Origin: Nitrospirota bacterium
GTDB taxonomy: Bacteria > Nitrospirota > Thermodesulfovibrionia > Thermodesulfovibrionales > Dissulfurispiraceae
Length of the DNA stretch: 64,000 nt
Reading direction: 5' to 3'
Assembly: GCA_963790025.1 (NCBI GenBank)
Contig: CAWBMP010000002.1
Span: 512,001-576,000, forward strand
How positions within the stretch are numbered: the first letter of the stretch is position 1; every line of letters starts with the position of its first letter. The translations under genes and the position numbers were made by a program. The notes under the pieces are model-generated. The model was given only the letters and a program-made list of their open reading frames with translations, searched no databases and was not told where the DNA came from. This document shows positions 49,913 through 59,801 of the stretch, piece after piece.

Positions 49913-51130
49913 TCAGTTCTTCCCTTTTTTGTGTATGTTCCACATATCGATCACTTCGACGTTGCCGGAAAATTTGACTGTTTTGTATGCCTCATGCGGT
50001 ACGCCGATTATCACAATGTCGGACATGGCGACAAGTTCTTCTTTAGTAACAAACGCAGGGTCTTTTACATACTCATCGGACAACAAAACCGTACTGCCCT
50101 TGTAGCGGAGAATTTTCCCGAGTTTATATGACAATGAATCACGAATATCATCGCTTTCGGCTTTGAAGGCCATTCCGAGGATCCCGACCTTCATTTTTCT
50201 CAAATCATATTTTTGGGACAATCTCTCAACAATAAAATTAGGAAGCCCCTCGTTGATCGTCATAGCCACCTGTCCCATGATAAAATTATGTTTTTCAAAG
50301 GCAAAAAGCTGCATCGTGTCCTTCATAAGGCATGGCCCTGCCGCGAATCCCGGACCGGGAATGCTTTCCATTCGGGGGTATCCTCGTTTCATTTTATTGA
50401 GAAGTCCGTTGTAATCTATACCCGCTGACTCTACCATCATATAAAGCTGATTGGTTGCGGCAAACTGGATGTAGCGGTGGGCGTTGCAGATCAGTTTTGC
50501 AAACTCCGCTTCCCTCGGCGTTGCCTCTACGATCGCAGGCGCGATCTTCCCGAACAGATCACTCGCTACCCGGACCGCCTCAGGCGTTGTGCCGCTGACA
50601 ATCTGAGGCAGGGACTGTATCTCTTCGATGCCCTTGCCCTGCACTACACGCTCCGGGCAGAACGCGAGGGGATTATTCCTGCCGCGGGACCTGAGATAGC
50701 GGTCAAGGTATTCCGTAGCCCCTGGCGCAACAGTAGAACGCAGGATGATTGTCTGCCCATCCAGGAGAAAGGGGAGCATGCTGTCCACTGAACGGGTTAA
50801 AAGACTGAAGACTGGATTATGGAATTCGTCAATAGGAGTGCCTATGGTCAGGATCACAACAGGAATTCCTGAAACGTCTTTTATATCGGATGTAAACCCC
50901 AGCATGTCCCTGGCAAGGACTTTCCCTAGCATGGTCTCGCCGCCTTCTTCCATGAAAGGCAACTTCCCCTGCGAAAGAATGCTTATCGCTTTTTCATTGA
51001 GATCGCAGATCAGCGTGCGCATGCCCTTGTCGGCTAAAACAATGGATAGCGGAATCCCCACATGGCCGGCGCCCCCAATGACACAAACGTCATAATTACT
51101 CTTCGAATCACTTTTCATGGACATATTCAC
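49913..51130 (-). CDS. UDP-N-acetylhexosamine 6-dehydrogenase (WecC/WbpA family)
   Basis: GGAGHVGIP, RSTVAPG, CPERV, AEFAKL, GPCLMKD (catalytic Cys present), GMAFKAESDD.RDS. Confidence 0.87.
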   Translation of the reverse strand: MNMSMKSDSKSNYDVCVIGGAGHVGIPLSIVLADKGMRTLICDLNEKAISILSQGKLPFMEEGGETMLGKVLARDMLGFTSDIKDVSGIPVVILTIGTPIDEFHNPVFSLLTRSVDSMLPFLLDGQTIILRSTVAPGATEYLDRYLRSRGRNNPLAFCPERVVQGKGIEEIQSLPQIVSGTTPEAVRVASDLFGKIAPAIVEATPREAEFAKLICNAHRYIQFAATNQLYMMVESAGIDYNGLLNKMKRGYPRMESIPGPGFAAGPCLMKDTMQLFAFEKHNFIMGQVAMTINEGLPNFIVERLSQKYDLRKMKVGILGMAFKAESDDIRDSLSYKLGKILRYKGSTVLLSDEYVKDPAFVTKEELVAMSDIVIIGVPHEAYKTVKFSGNVEVIDMWNIHKKGKN

Positions 51131-52253
51131 CCTTCAGCAATTGATTGTAACGGTTGAGAAGCCCTTCGGCAACCACTCGAATGTCAAATTTATTTTGGAC
51201 CATTATTTTTCCCTGTGTCCCAAGCCTCCTGGATTTTTCGGGATCGTCCAGGAGATCGTTCAGTTTGACGGCCAGATCACCGGAGTCTCCTCTCTTGACC
51301 AGCAGCCCCGTTTTCTCATGAATGACCGCCTCACGGACATCCTCACCTTCAAAAGCCACCACCGGAGTCCCCACGCTTTGCGCTTCCAGGACCGTGATCC
51401 CCACAAAGCCGTCCAGAATGCCCGGCTTCACACAAATGTCCGCCAGCGAAAGCAATGCAGGCACATCCCTGCGCACGCCCAACAACTCCACTTTTTTTTC
51501 GAGTCCGAGTTCCCGTATGAGTTCCATAATTTCGCCCCTGAGATACCCCTCTCCCACTATCAGGAATCTTACATCCCGGCGCTCCCTGCAGACCAGAGCC
51601 GCGGCGCGTACAAACAGCTCATGGCTTTTCCGCGGCTCCAAAGCTCCGATCGTCACGATAACTCTTTCGCCGGGCTTTATCCCTAACTCGCCACGTAACC
51701 TTGAGATATCTTCCTCCGAAAACCTGTCCAACAATACCACCCCGCAAACCAGTTGTTTGCAAAGACGGCTGCTCCTGACCGGCAATCGGCGATAATAGCT
51801 GGCAATCTCCGGGGAAGTCAAGATCGTCATGTCCACTCCGACCGTTAAAAACCAATTCCTCAAATGCGTTGTAACCATGAATTCATCGGGCGCGTTCTGC
51901 AAACCCATGACACTGCTTAAAAATACCGGCTGCCGATGACCATTCCATGGATTGAAAAAGGTCCTTGCCACCCATGCCGTCACACAACAACGCGCAGCAA
52001 ACAAATGGACCACGTCGGGATTCAGCTTTCCAAGAGTTTCAGCCAGCCGCCTGCCGCTGGTAAACGCCTTCAGACCATAGAAATCAATTCTCTCCGTCCT
52101 TCCACCCTCCCGGATAATATCGCTCTCCAAAGGTCCCCCTCTGGAGATGACTGTGACATGATGACCCTTTTTGACAAATTCCCGTGTCAACAGGACCAGA
52201 TTGTGTTCGATCCCTCCCATTTCAAGGAGCAGGCAGACAAAAACAATGTTCAT
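51108..52253 (-). CDS. GT4 glycosyltransferase
   Basis: MGGIEH, GALEPRK, VGEG, LEAQSVGTPVVA, TGLLV. Confidence 0.88.
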   Translation of the reverse strand: MNIVFVCLLLEMGGIEHNLVLLTREFVKKGHHVTVISRGGPLESDIIREGGRTERIDFYGLKAFTSGRRLAETLGKLNPDVVHLFAARCCVTAWVARTFFNPWNGHRQPVFLSSVMGLQNAPDEFMVTTHLRNWFLTVGVDMTILTSPEIASYYRRLPVRSSRLCKQLVCGVVLLDRFSEEDISRLRGELGIKPGERVIVTIGALEPRKSHELFVRAAALVCRERRDVRFLIVGEGYLRGEIMELIRELGLEKKVELLGVRRDVPALLSLADICVKPGILDGFVGITVLEAQSVGTPVVAFEGEDVREAVIHEKTGLLVKRGDSGDLAVKLNDLLDDPEKSRRLGTQGKIMVQNKFDIRVVAEGLLNRYNQLLKGEYVHEK

Positions 52254-52257
52254 GAAA

Positions 52258-53364
52258 TCACTGTTTAAAAAACTCTCGCAGCGCCTTTATCACCGATTGA
52301 CAGGCGGTTTCTGCCAGGTGGGGTCCCAGCGGCAGGCTGAGTCCGGTCTCGCAGGCCCTCTCGGCATGGGGCAGACTTCCCCGGCCCAGTCCCAACCACC
52401 GGTAGGCCGGCATCAGATGGATTGGGACAGGATAATGCATCCCGGTCCCGATGCCGTGCTCTCCCAAATGCCGGGCCAGATAATCCCTCAAAGGATGTCG
52501 CACCACAAACAAGTGGTGGCAAGGCGATTCCTCATCCCGCCACCGCGGCAACCAGAGATTTTCCAATCCCCCAAGCCCGTCGATGTAATGCATAGCTCTC
52601 TTACGCCGCTGCCGGTTCCAGTCATCGAGCCTTTTCAGCTTGATTCGCAGCACCGCTGCCTGGATAGCGTCCATCCTCTCAGTAGAGCCGACGAATCGGT
52701 GATCAAACGGTTTTAACGCCCCGTGGTTCCTGAGCATCAGCAACTTCTCGCTGAGTTCCTCATCATCCGTTACCAGTGCGCCTGCATCACCGCATGCCCC
52801 TAGGTTTTTCCCTGGATAAAAACTGAAAGCTGCGGCATGACCAAAGGTCCCCGCCTTCTTTTCGTTGATCAGGGCACCGTGCGCCTGGCAGGCGTCCTCC
52901 AACAGCTTGATTCCGTGGGCATCTGCCAGACGCCTCCATCTATCAAGGTCCATGCAATGACCAAACAGATGCACGGGCATGAGCGCCCTCGTCCTGGTTG
53001 TGATAGCCTGTTCGGCCGCTTCGAAGCCGGCATGGATACCATCCGGCTCGATATCTATCAACACGGGTTTTGCGCCCGTCAAAGCCACGGCCTCTGCCGT
53101 AGCTACAAATGTATTTGCAGGGAGGACAACCTCGTCCCCAGGCCCGATGCCCCAGGCCCGCAGACAGTAATGCTCTGCCGCCGTGCCGCTGCTCACCGCA
53201 ACACAAAAGCGCCTCCCGACATACGCTGCGAACTCTTTTTCGAAGCTCTCGACTTCGTGTCCTCCGGTAAACCTTCCCGTTGAGAAGATACCGGCGAGAA
53301 GCGGCTCTGCCTCACCACGAATTTCCGCCCACTGCGGACCAAGATCAAGAAATGGGACCTTCAT
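52258..53364 (-). CDS. DegT/DnrJ/EryC1/StrS aminotransferase (WbpE-like)
   Basis: SSGTAA, NTFVAT, EDACQAHGA, FSFYPGKNLGA.GDAG, HYPVPIH. Confidence 0.92.
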   Translation of the reverse strand: MKVPFLDLGPQWAEIRGEAEPLLAGIFSTGRFTGGHEVESFEKEFAAYVGRRFCVAVSSGTAAEHYCLRAWGIGPGDEVVLPANTFVATAEAVALTGAKPVLIDIEPDGIHAGFEAAEQAITTRTRALMPVHLFGHCMDLDRWRRLADAHGIKLLEDACQAHGALINEKKAGTFGHAAAFSFYPGKNLGACGDAGALVTDDEELSEKLLMLRNHGALKPFDHRFVGSTERMDAIQAAVLRIKLKRLDDWNRQRRKRAMHYIDGLGGLENLWLPRWRDEESPCHHLFVVRHPLRDYLARHLGEHGIGTGMHYPVPIHLMPAYRWLGLGRGSLPHAERACETGLSLPLGPHLAETACQSVIKALREFFKQ

Positions 53365-53858
53365 CCGGCATCCTCCTTGAGTAACAGCCTTGCTGGATTT
53401 CCCGCAAATACCGCGCCGGGCGGGACATCTCTTGTCACCACGCTTCCAGCGCCAATCGTAGCGCCTTTCCCAATAACTACCCCGCTAAGAATTGTAGCGC
53501 TGGTACCAATGGACACCTCATCCTCTATACGCGTGGGAACGCACACCCAATCATTGTCCGTCTGAAGGGTCCCATCCCGGTTAATTGCTTTGGGATACTT
53601 GTCATTAATAAATGAAACATTATGGCCTACAAAAACACCGTTTCCGATTTCAACGCCCTCACAGATAAAAGAATGGCTGGAGATTTTGCAATCCGATCCG
53701 ATCCGGCAATTTTTTTGCAGTTCAACAAATGAACCTATTTTCGTCCGGTCACCGATTTCGCAGTCATATGCATTCACGAATTCATAGAATTTCACGTCAC
53801 TTCCAACTTTCACATTCCTGAGGCAGCGCCTCGGGGAATCTTCATTGACTATCTTCAT
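53361..53858 (-). CDS. Hexapeptide N-acetyltransferase (WbpD/WlbB-like)
   Basis: CKISSHSFICEGV.I, FINDKYP, IGAGSVVTRDVP...AGNPA. Confidence 0.88.
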   Translation of the reverse strand: MKIVNEDSPRRCLRNVKVGSDVKFYEFVNAYDCEIGDRTKIGSFVELQKNCRIGSDCKISSHSFICEGVEIGNGVFVGHNVSFINDKYPKAINRDGTLQTDNDWVCVPTRIEDEVSIGTSATILSGVVIGKGATIGAGSVVTRDVPPGAVFAGNPARLLLKEDAG

Positions 53859-53860
53859 TA

Positions 53861-54874
53861 TTATAACAATACCTCTTTACCGGAGCTCTTGATGCTTTGT
53901 TCGGCGGCCTCCAGAATTCTTACAACTCTCAGGCCGGAATCGCTGCCGCTGATCGGCCTTTCCTGTCCGCGCACAACGTTGGCAAAATGCGTCACTTCCC
54001 GGCTCAATGCCTCTACGTTCTCTATGTGCGGAGCAAACATGTCTCCCATACGATATTGCACGAGGGTCTTGTAGATGCCCTCCCGCTCCTCAACCACATC
54101 CACACCCTTGTCATAGACCTTGATCTTCTCAACCGTTTCCATATCGTCGAACACAATCATTTTCTTCGTTCCCCCGATCAGGGTTGTCCTGATTTTAACC
54201 GGCGCCAGCCAATTCACATGAAAATGGGCAATAGTGCCGTTTCCGAACCGCAAAGTGAGGTACGCGATGTTCTCCAGCCCGTCGGAATAATGGGCCACAC
54301 CAGTCACCTGGACGCTCAACGGCCTGGCATCCAGCACATAATCCATTATTGAAAGATCATGCGGGGCTAGGTCCCATACAACGTTGACGTCATGCTGGAA
54401 CAAGCCAAGGTTCACGCGGACCGAATCCCAGTAAAGGATCTCTCCCAGGCTCCCCGACGCTACAATTTCCTTAAGTTTGGTCACGGCACCCGTATAATTG
54501 AAGGTATGGTCCACCATTAAAACCAGCCCCCGCTTGTCCGCAAGTTCGATCAGGGTCTCGGCCTGCGCCACGGTACGCGTCATCGGTTTTTCCAGCAGTA
54601 CATGTTTGCCGTTTTCAAGACATGCCTTTGCAAGCTCAAAATGTGTATCAACCGGGGTTGCTATGGCAACAGCCCCTACTGCGTCATCTTTCAGGATGTC
54701 CGCAAGTTCCTGGGTCTGCCTCGCCGCCGGATACAGCGCGCCGATTTTTGCAAGTCTCGCGGCAGCGCGATCACACAAATGAGATAATTGGGTCGCATTG
54801 CATGCTGCAACATTTCTCGCCAGATTCGGCCCCCAATAGCCCAAGCCGACGACTGCCATTTTCAATGGTTCCAT
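53861..54874 (-). CDS. Gfo/Idh/MocA dehydrogenase (WbpB/WlbA-like)
   Basis: GLGYWGPNLARN, LEKP, VDHTF, WDLAPHD; clustered with the aminotransferase and acetyltransferase. Confidence 0.87.
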   Translation of the reverse strand: MEPLKMAVVGLGYWGPNLARNVAACNATQLSHLCDRAAARLAKIGALYPAARQTQELADILKDDAVGAVAIATPVDTHFELAKACLENGKHVLLEKPMTRTVAQAETLIELADKRGLVLMVDHTFNYTGAVTKLKEIVASGSLGEILYWDSVRVNLGLFQHDVNVVWDLAPHDLSIMDYVLDARPLSVQVTGVAHYSDGLENIAYLTLRFGNGTIAHFHVNWLAPVKIRTTLIGGTKKMIVFDDMETVEKIKVYDKGVDVVEEREGIYKTLVQYRMGDMFAPHIENVEALSREVTHFANVVRGQERPISGSDSGLRVVRILEAAEQSIKSSGKEVLL

Positions 54875-54898
54875 GTGTTTCTATGACCACCTTTATTT

Positions 54899-57745
54899 TT
54901 ATTTATAGAATCGGGCAAAGAGTTTATTATACTCATTCCTTTCATGATCGTTAAGTTTTTCAGGGTCCATCATTTCCATTGTAGCCCTTCTGACGTTCTG
55001 TCCCATCCTTCTTGAGTATTCCTCATCCGACAAAAATCTTTCCGCAGCCCTGGCCATGGACTTCCAGTCTCCATATTCAACCAGTTCCCCGGTCTCGCCG
55101 CTCTTTATCAGCTCAGGCTGCCAGTCGACATTATATGCCACTATAGGAACGCCGCCAAGGGCGGCCTCGGTCAAAGCACGGCCCGTATGAGGAGACAGCG
55201 CAACCGAAGCTTTGGGGATTACCCTTGCAAGCCATTCCTGGTCCCTGTTGCCCACAAATGCGACATCCCCTGAGATACCCAGTTTGGCAGCCGTCTGCTC
55301 AAGTTCTTTCCTCATCCTTCCATCGCCCGCAATAAGACACGCGATCTCATTGCCCCGTTTCTTCAGTTCGGAAAGAACAAACAGCACATGATCAGGCCGC
55401 TTCACGGCTTCCAGTCTTCCTATGTATATGGCGAACTTCCTGCCCGACAACTTAAAGCGTGCAAGCAGCTCTTCGGCGTCAGGACGCTCGGCCGGGTCCT
55501 TGTAATGCGCAGAGTGTATCAGGTTTCCATAGCGAAACACTGTAGAACATTCCTTCCTTGCACCGTTTTTCAGGGCAAAGTTAAGATTGTTCTGATTGGC
55601 CCCGGCAACCAGATCGGCGCGGGGAAGAGTGACCTTTTCAATTATCTTTTCTATCCATCTTTTACGGAAAAGCCTCGGCATGGCAACTCTTCCCGTAGCC
55701 TTATAGATATCGTCATAATTGCCCCCAATTCTTATAACAAAAGGAATCCCGAATGCCCTCGAAAGAGCGAGACCGAGCAATCCCAGATAGTAAGGCTCGC
55801 CGGCCCGGACCATCGAAATATGCTCTCCGGCGATCAGGCGGGAGAGGTAAAGATACAGGGACCATTGGGCAAGGGCAAAATTAAGAGCAGGCAGTTTCCG
55901 TAGTGAATCATATCTTCCTACCTTGCCTTCCACTATTGTATGTCTTTCAGCCAATGGCGTGCTGACCGGTTTACCATAGGTATCAGCCTCGTTCGCCGGG
56001 GGTATCACTGTGGCCAGGGGATGCACTGACCAGACATGCTCGAAATACCCTTCCAGGTCGCGGCAGGTGATGGATTCGTGCAACTGTCTCTTGCGAATTG
56101 CCTCAAGCGTATACGCCATATCCAGGATGAGCAGGCGTTTTCCTTTGAGGAGACCCTGTTTTTTTTGAAAAACAGCCTTCATCGCAACATAGACTAACAA
56201 GGAGGACAACGCCACCGCTGCGGCAATAGTATCAGCTGTCGCAGTCAATACTTTGGAAAGGGACAGTGAATTATAATAAGTCCCGATCACTTTTTTGATT
56301 CTTTCTATCGACAATACGACTAAATCACTCGTTATCACTTTCAGATAGCTCAACTTCTTTCTGCTCTTTAATACGGCTTTCCAATATGCCGGATTGAGGG
56401 TATAATCTATGATGCTCCGAAACCTGTTTGCCTTGATTGTGGCCCTGATTCTCAGACTCGTCAGGTTCATGCGATGGCTGGCCATGTAAAAACGGGGATC
56501 AACCACCTTAAAGAAAAGATTATCAGCGTTATAGATTTTATAATCCTCCTTTGTCAAAGGAGGGTTCACATAGTTCCTGTAAATGGCCGTTCCCGGAAAA
56601 GGCACGGTCAGGCATATAGCTACCCTGGTGGGACGTATTCGCCCCATCATCTGCAAAGTCTTTTTCGCATCTTCAGCCGTCTCTCCAGGCGTATTGAACA
56701 TGAAATTGGCATATGTCCTCAGGTTATACTTTCTGCATAAATCGAAACACTTCACTATCTGATCTTCGGTAATGCCCTTTTTCATCCTCCTGAGCGCTTC
56801 ATCGGAGCCTGATTCCACGCCAAAATCCACCTGTATGCAATTTGCCCCGCTTATCAAGCGTGCCATTTCCTCATCGAGTATGTTGACCCTTGTCTCCATT
56901 GCCCAGATCAAATCTATCTTCCTGCTTTTGAGGCCCTCCACAAATTCAACAACCCTGGGCTTCTTGATCATGAATGTATCATCCAATATGTAGAACGAGT
57001 CTATGTTGTATTTGTCCCTCAAACCCTCGATCTCATCCAGGACCTTTGATATCGGCCTGTATTTGACCTTTCTGTTCCTGTTGGCGCAAAAGGTGCACGA
57101 AAAAGGACATCCGATAGTTGTAAATATATGAATGCCGGACACAATCAGGTTTCTTATAATTCCCATATGGGGCTTTGCATAGTAGTTCATGTCCAGTTGT
57201 GAATAATCAGGATTCGGCAGAGTGTCCCAATCATTGAAGCTCGAACTCCCTTGTACTAACAGCCCGCCTTCTTTCGACCGCATTACAACGCCTTCCACAC
57301 CCCCCAGTCCCTGCCCGGCGTCCAGCCGTCTGATGATTTCAACCAACGGATATTGTCCGTCCCCTGCGACTGCAATGTCTACAGGACTCCCTTCAAAAAA
57401 GAAATCCTCAGGCTTGATGCTTACATGCAGGCCGCCGATTATGATAGGACAGTCATGGTTCTTCTTTATTGTCCTGCACAAGCTGATCACATCCCAGAAC
57501 TCCGGTGTATAGCACGGGAGACCTATATACCGCGGCCGCAATATTTTGACCTGTTCGATAATCTTGCGGGCAACCGCATCCATCTGCTTTCTCGTCGCGG
57601 CTATGCCGGGCCGTCCGGTCTTTATATCGACAATCTTGCATGCAATATTCTCATGTGTAAGCCAGGCGTGCAGATACAGCAAACCAACCGGGACCGTTGC
57701 TGAAGCGCTCCTGCTAGGTGGTGATACAAGGCATATATCGGTCAT
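54899..57745 (-). CDS. Fusion of a cobalamin-binding radical SAM domain and a GT4 glycosyltransferase
   Basis: GGLHV, CPFSCTFC, DDTF, FGVESGS, PFPGT; hydrophobic linker; then YIGRLEAVK, AGDG, EAALGGVPIVA, TGELV in one 948-aa ORF. Confidence 0.85.
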   Translation of the reverse strand: MTDICLVSPPSRSASATVPVGLLYLHAWLTHENIACKIVDIKTGRPGIAATRKQMDAVARKIIEQVKILRPRYIGLPCYTPEFWDVISLCRTIKKNHDCPIIIGGLHVSIKPEDFFFEGSPVDIAVAGDGQYPLVEIIRRLDAGQGLGGVEGVVMRSKEGGLLVQGSSSFNDWDTLPNPDYSQLDMNYYAKPHMGIIRNLIVSGIHIFTTIGCPFSCTFCANRNRKVKYRPISKVLDEIEGLRDKYNIDSFYILDDTFMIKKPRVVEFVEGLKSRKIDLIWAMETRVNILDEEMARLISGANCIQVDFGVESGSDEALRRMKKGITEDQIVKCFDLCRKYNLRTYANFMFNTPGETAEDAKKTLQMMGRIRPTRVAICLTVPFPGTAIYRNYVNPPLTKEDYKIYNADNLFFKVVDPRFYMASHRMNLTSLRIRATIKANRFRSIIDYTLNPAYWKAVLKSRKKLSYLKVITSDLVVLSIERIKKVIGTYYNSLSLSKVLTATADTIAAAVALSSLLVYVAMKAVFQKKQGLLKGKRLLILDMAYTLEAIRKRQLHESITCRDLEGYFEHVWSVHPLATVIPPANEADTYGKPVSTPLAERHTIVEGKVGRYDSLRKLPALNFALAQWSLYLYLSRLIAGEHISMVRAGEPYYLGLLGLALSRAFGIPFVIRIGGNYDDIYKATGRVAMPRLFRKRWIEKIIEKVTLPRADLVAGANQNNLNFALKNGARKECSTVFRYGNLIHSAHYKDPAERPDAEELLARFKLSGRKFAIYIGRLEAVKRPDHVLFVLSELKKRGNEIACLIAGDGRMRKELEQTAAKLGISGDVAFVGNRDQEWLARVIPKASVALSPHTGRALTEAALGGVPIVAYNVDWQPELIKSGETGELVEYGDWKSMARAAERFLSDEEYSRRMGQNVRRATMEMMDPEKLNDHERNEYNKLFARFYK

Positions 57746-57787
57746 TTCTCTCCTCTGTGAAAAAGAATAAAAATAAACATTTTTGGC

Positions 57788-58786
57788 TTATGCCGACACA
57801 TCTCCCCTGCCGACAATAACAGGTTCATTAATAATAACTTCAACATTATTCATTTGCGCATCCCTGAACCACTTTCTTACAGTATCAATGGTCTGCGGCT
57901 GATCATGGGCCGGCGAGAGCATATCGAAGGTATCGAGGACGGCCCACTCCTTAAACATCTTTTCATCAGGCAGATCGAATATCCCCCTGTAATCGGCAAT
58001 GAGCAGCTTGAAAACCAATCTTTTACCGAGGAAAGGGATTTTCCCCAAAAAAGTAGCCAGCGGCCACATCGACTCCACATATTTCTCACACAATTTGTAA
58101 AGCCTCTCAGCCTGAATGTTCCTGGTGAAAGGTCGCACCCAGTATTTTGTGTTCAGTAGTTGCCTGAAAAAACCTCTTTTAATGTAAACATCTATGACCA
58201 TGTTACCGCCCGGTTTTAGATACCTGGGCAATACAAAAAAAGCTTTTTCAACGTCAGGAGTATGCTGCAACACCCCAAAACAGAACAGCTTGTCAAAAAA
58301 TTTTTCCCTGAACGGCATGTTATATAAATCAGCCTGAACAATAATCACATTGTCCCTGCCGCCATTGGCAGCGTAATTCGCATCGACAGCATAACTGTAA
58401 TCGAGAGAAAGGACCATGGCTCCGGTTAAAGCCGCATGTTCGGTAAACCTCCCCGAACCGCATCCTGCCTCCAGTATTATCTCGCCTCGCAAATCGGTCT
58501 TCCAATGGGACTCCTCAAAAAATCGTGACCTCGAAATGTCGGCCCCGCTATAAGCGTCATATTGGGTCCTCGAATGTTTGGTCCATTGCAGGCCAAAGCT
58601 GCTGGCGTAGTTTTCAATGGGAACAAAGCGCGGTATATTCCGTATAATCTTATAATCTGCTCCGCATTTCCCGCATCCGAGAGTTCCGGTTGTAATCGAT
58701 GTTTCGTTTTCTTCGGTTACATTAGTTATCCCGAGTTGCTCTTTGCAGGCAGGGCAGACAAGATACTGGAGATGCGCTTTTCTCAT
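57788..58786 (-). CDS. Class I SAM methyltransferase with an N-terminal Trm112-like Zn ribbon
   Basis: LVCPAC..CGKC...IPRF, ILEAGCGSGRF, GVLQHTPD, LKPGG; ATG at 58786. Confidence 0.87.
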   Translation of the reverse strand: MRKAHLQYLVCPACKEQLGITNVTEENETSITTGTLGCGKCGADYKIIRNIPRFVPIENYASSFGLQWTKHSRTQYDAYSGADISRSRFFEESHWKTDLRGEIILEAGCGSGRFTEHAALTGAMVLSLDYSYAVDANYAANGGRDNVIIVQADLYNMPFREKFFDKLFCFGVLQHTPDVEKAFFVLPRYLKPGGNMVIDVYIKRGFFRQLLNTKYWVRPFTRNIQAERLYKLCEKYVESMWPLATFLGKIPFLGKRLVFKLLIADYRGIFDLPDEKMFKEWAVLDTFDMLSPAHDQPQTIDTVRKWFRDAQMNNVEVIINEPVIVGRGDVSA

Positions 58787-59793
58787 TTGACTTCTCTTCC
58801 CAGCCAACTCCGCAATTGAGTCCTTCTTATAAGAGAATCAAAGAGATCTTTATCCACCGGTTTGATATTGATATTGTCCAGGAAACCTTCTTCTACAGAC
58901 TTCCTTATTATCTCGGGGCATGTTCCCTTGTTAATAAATGTGACAGACCGGGCAATAATCTTTGACATAATAATCCTGATATTATAACAAACTACAATCC
59001 ACGAAAGACACAATTTCGTACTCGTCTTCATCGGTGACCTGAGAATTCTGCGGATATGACTTTTTGCAAGGATAAAAAAAGGCAGATAATATTTAGGTTT
59101 CCTTTTCCCGGGGAAAATATTCCGGTAATCCTCGTCTATGGTATTCCATTTCAGCCTGCTGAAGTAGGCGAACATAATTTCAGGGACCTGCCTGAAGCTG
59201 CCGTATAAGGCAAGTTCCTGGACAAATGCCTGATCGGTCGCCAAATGCTTTTCAAACAACAGCGTCTTTCTTACGGCTTCGAGCCTCATCAAACCATAAA
59301 CCGCCACCTGGGGGAATGTTCTCAAAACCATTTTATAACGTTCGACCGGATCATTAATCCCATCGATTGTTTCAAGAGTGGCCGTACAAAGTGTGTTTGC
59401 ATAGCCCTCGCACCTTAATTCGGTATGAGAGTGACATAGCACGGCAGCGGGATCGGCTTCCAGCACTTCAACGCATTTCCTGACATAAGCCGGCGCCCGC
59501 CTGTCATCGTGCGCGGCCCACATGAAATACTTGCCGGAAGAAAGCTCAACAACACGATTGAAATTCCAGAAGCTGCCCCGATTTTCCGGGGACCGGCTAT
59601 ACTTCACCCTCGGGTCCCTGCGGACGTATTCAGCGCAAATCTCCGGTGTCTCATCCGTTGAAGCATTGTCCGATACGACTATCTCAAGATTGGGATAGTC
59701 CTGCTCACGCAGGGAATCCAGGGCGCGGGCAAGTCCTTTTTCCCCGTTGTAGACAGGTACACCTATGCTGACTAATGGCATGGTATCGCTCAT
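58783..59793 (-). CDS. GT2 glycosyltransferase
   Basis: VSIGVPVYNG, SDNASTDET, YFMWAAHDD. Confidence 0.9.
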   Translation of the reverse strand: MSDTMPLVSIGVPVYNGEKGLARALDSLREQDYPNLEIVVSDNASTDETPEICAEYVRRDPRVKYSRSPENRGSFWNFNRVVELSSGKYFMWAAHDDRRAPAYVRKCVEVLEADPAAVLCHSHTELRCEGYANTLCTATLETIDGINDPVERYKMVLRTFPQVAVYGLMRLEAVRKTLLFEKHLATDQAFVQELALYGSFRQVPEIMFAYFSRLKWNTIDEDYRNIFPGKRKPKYYLPFFILAKSHIRRILRSPMKTSTKLCLSWIVVCYNIRIIMSKIIARSVTFINKGTCPEIIRKSVEEGFLDNINIKPVDKDLFDSLIRRTQLRSWLGREVK

Positions 59794-59801
59794 TTACCCT
59801 C

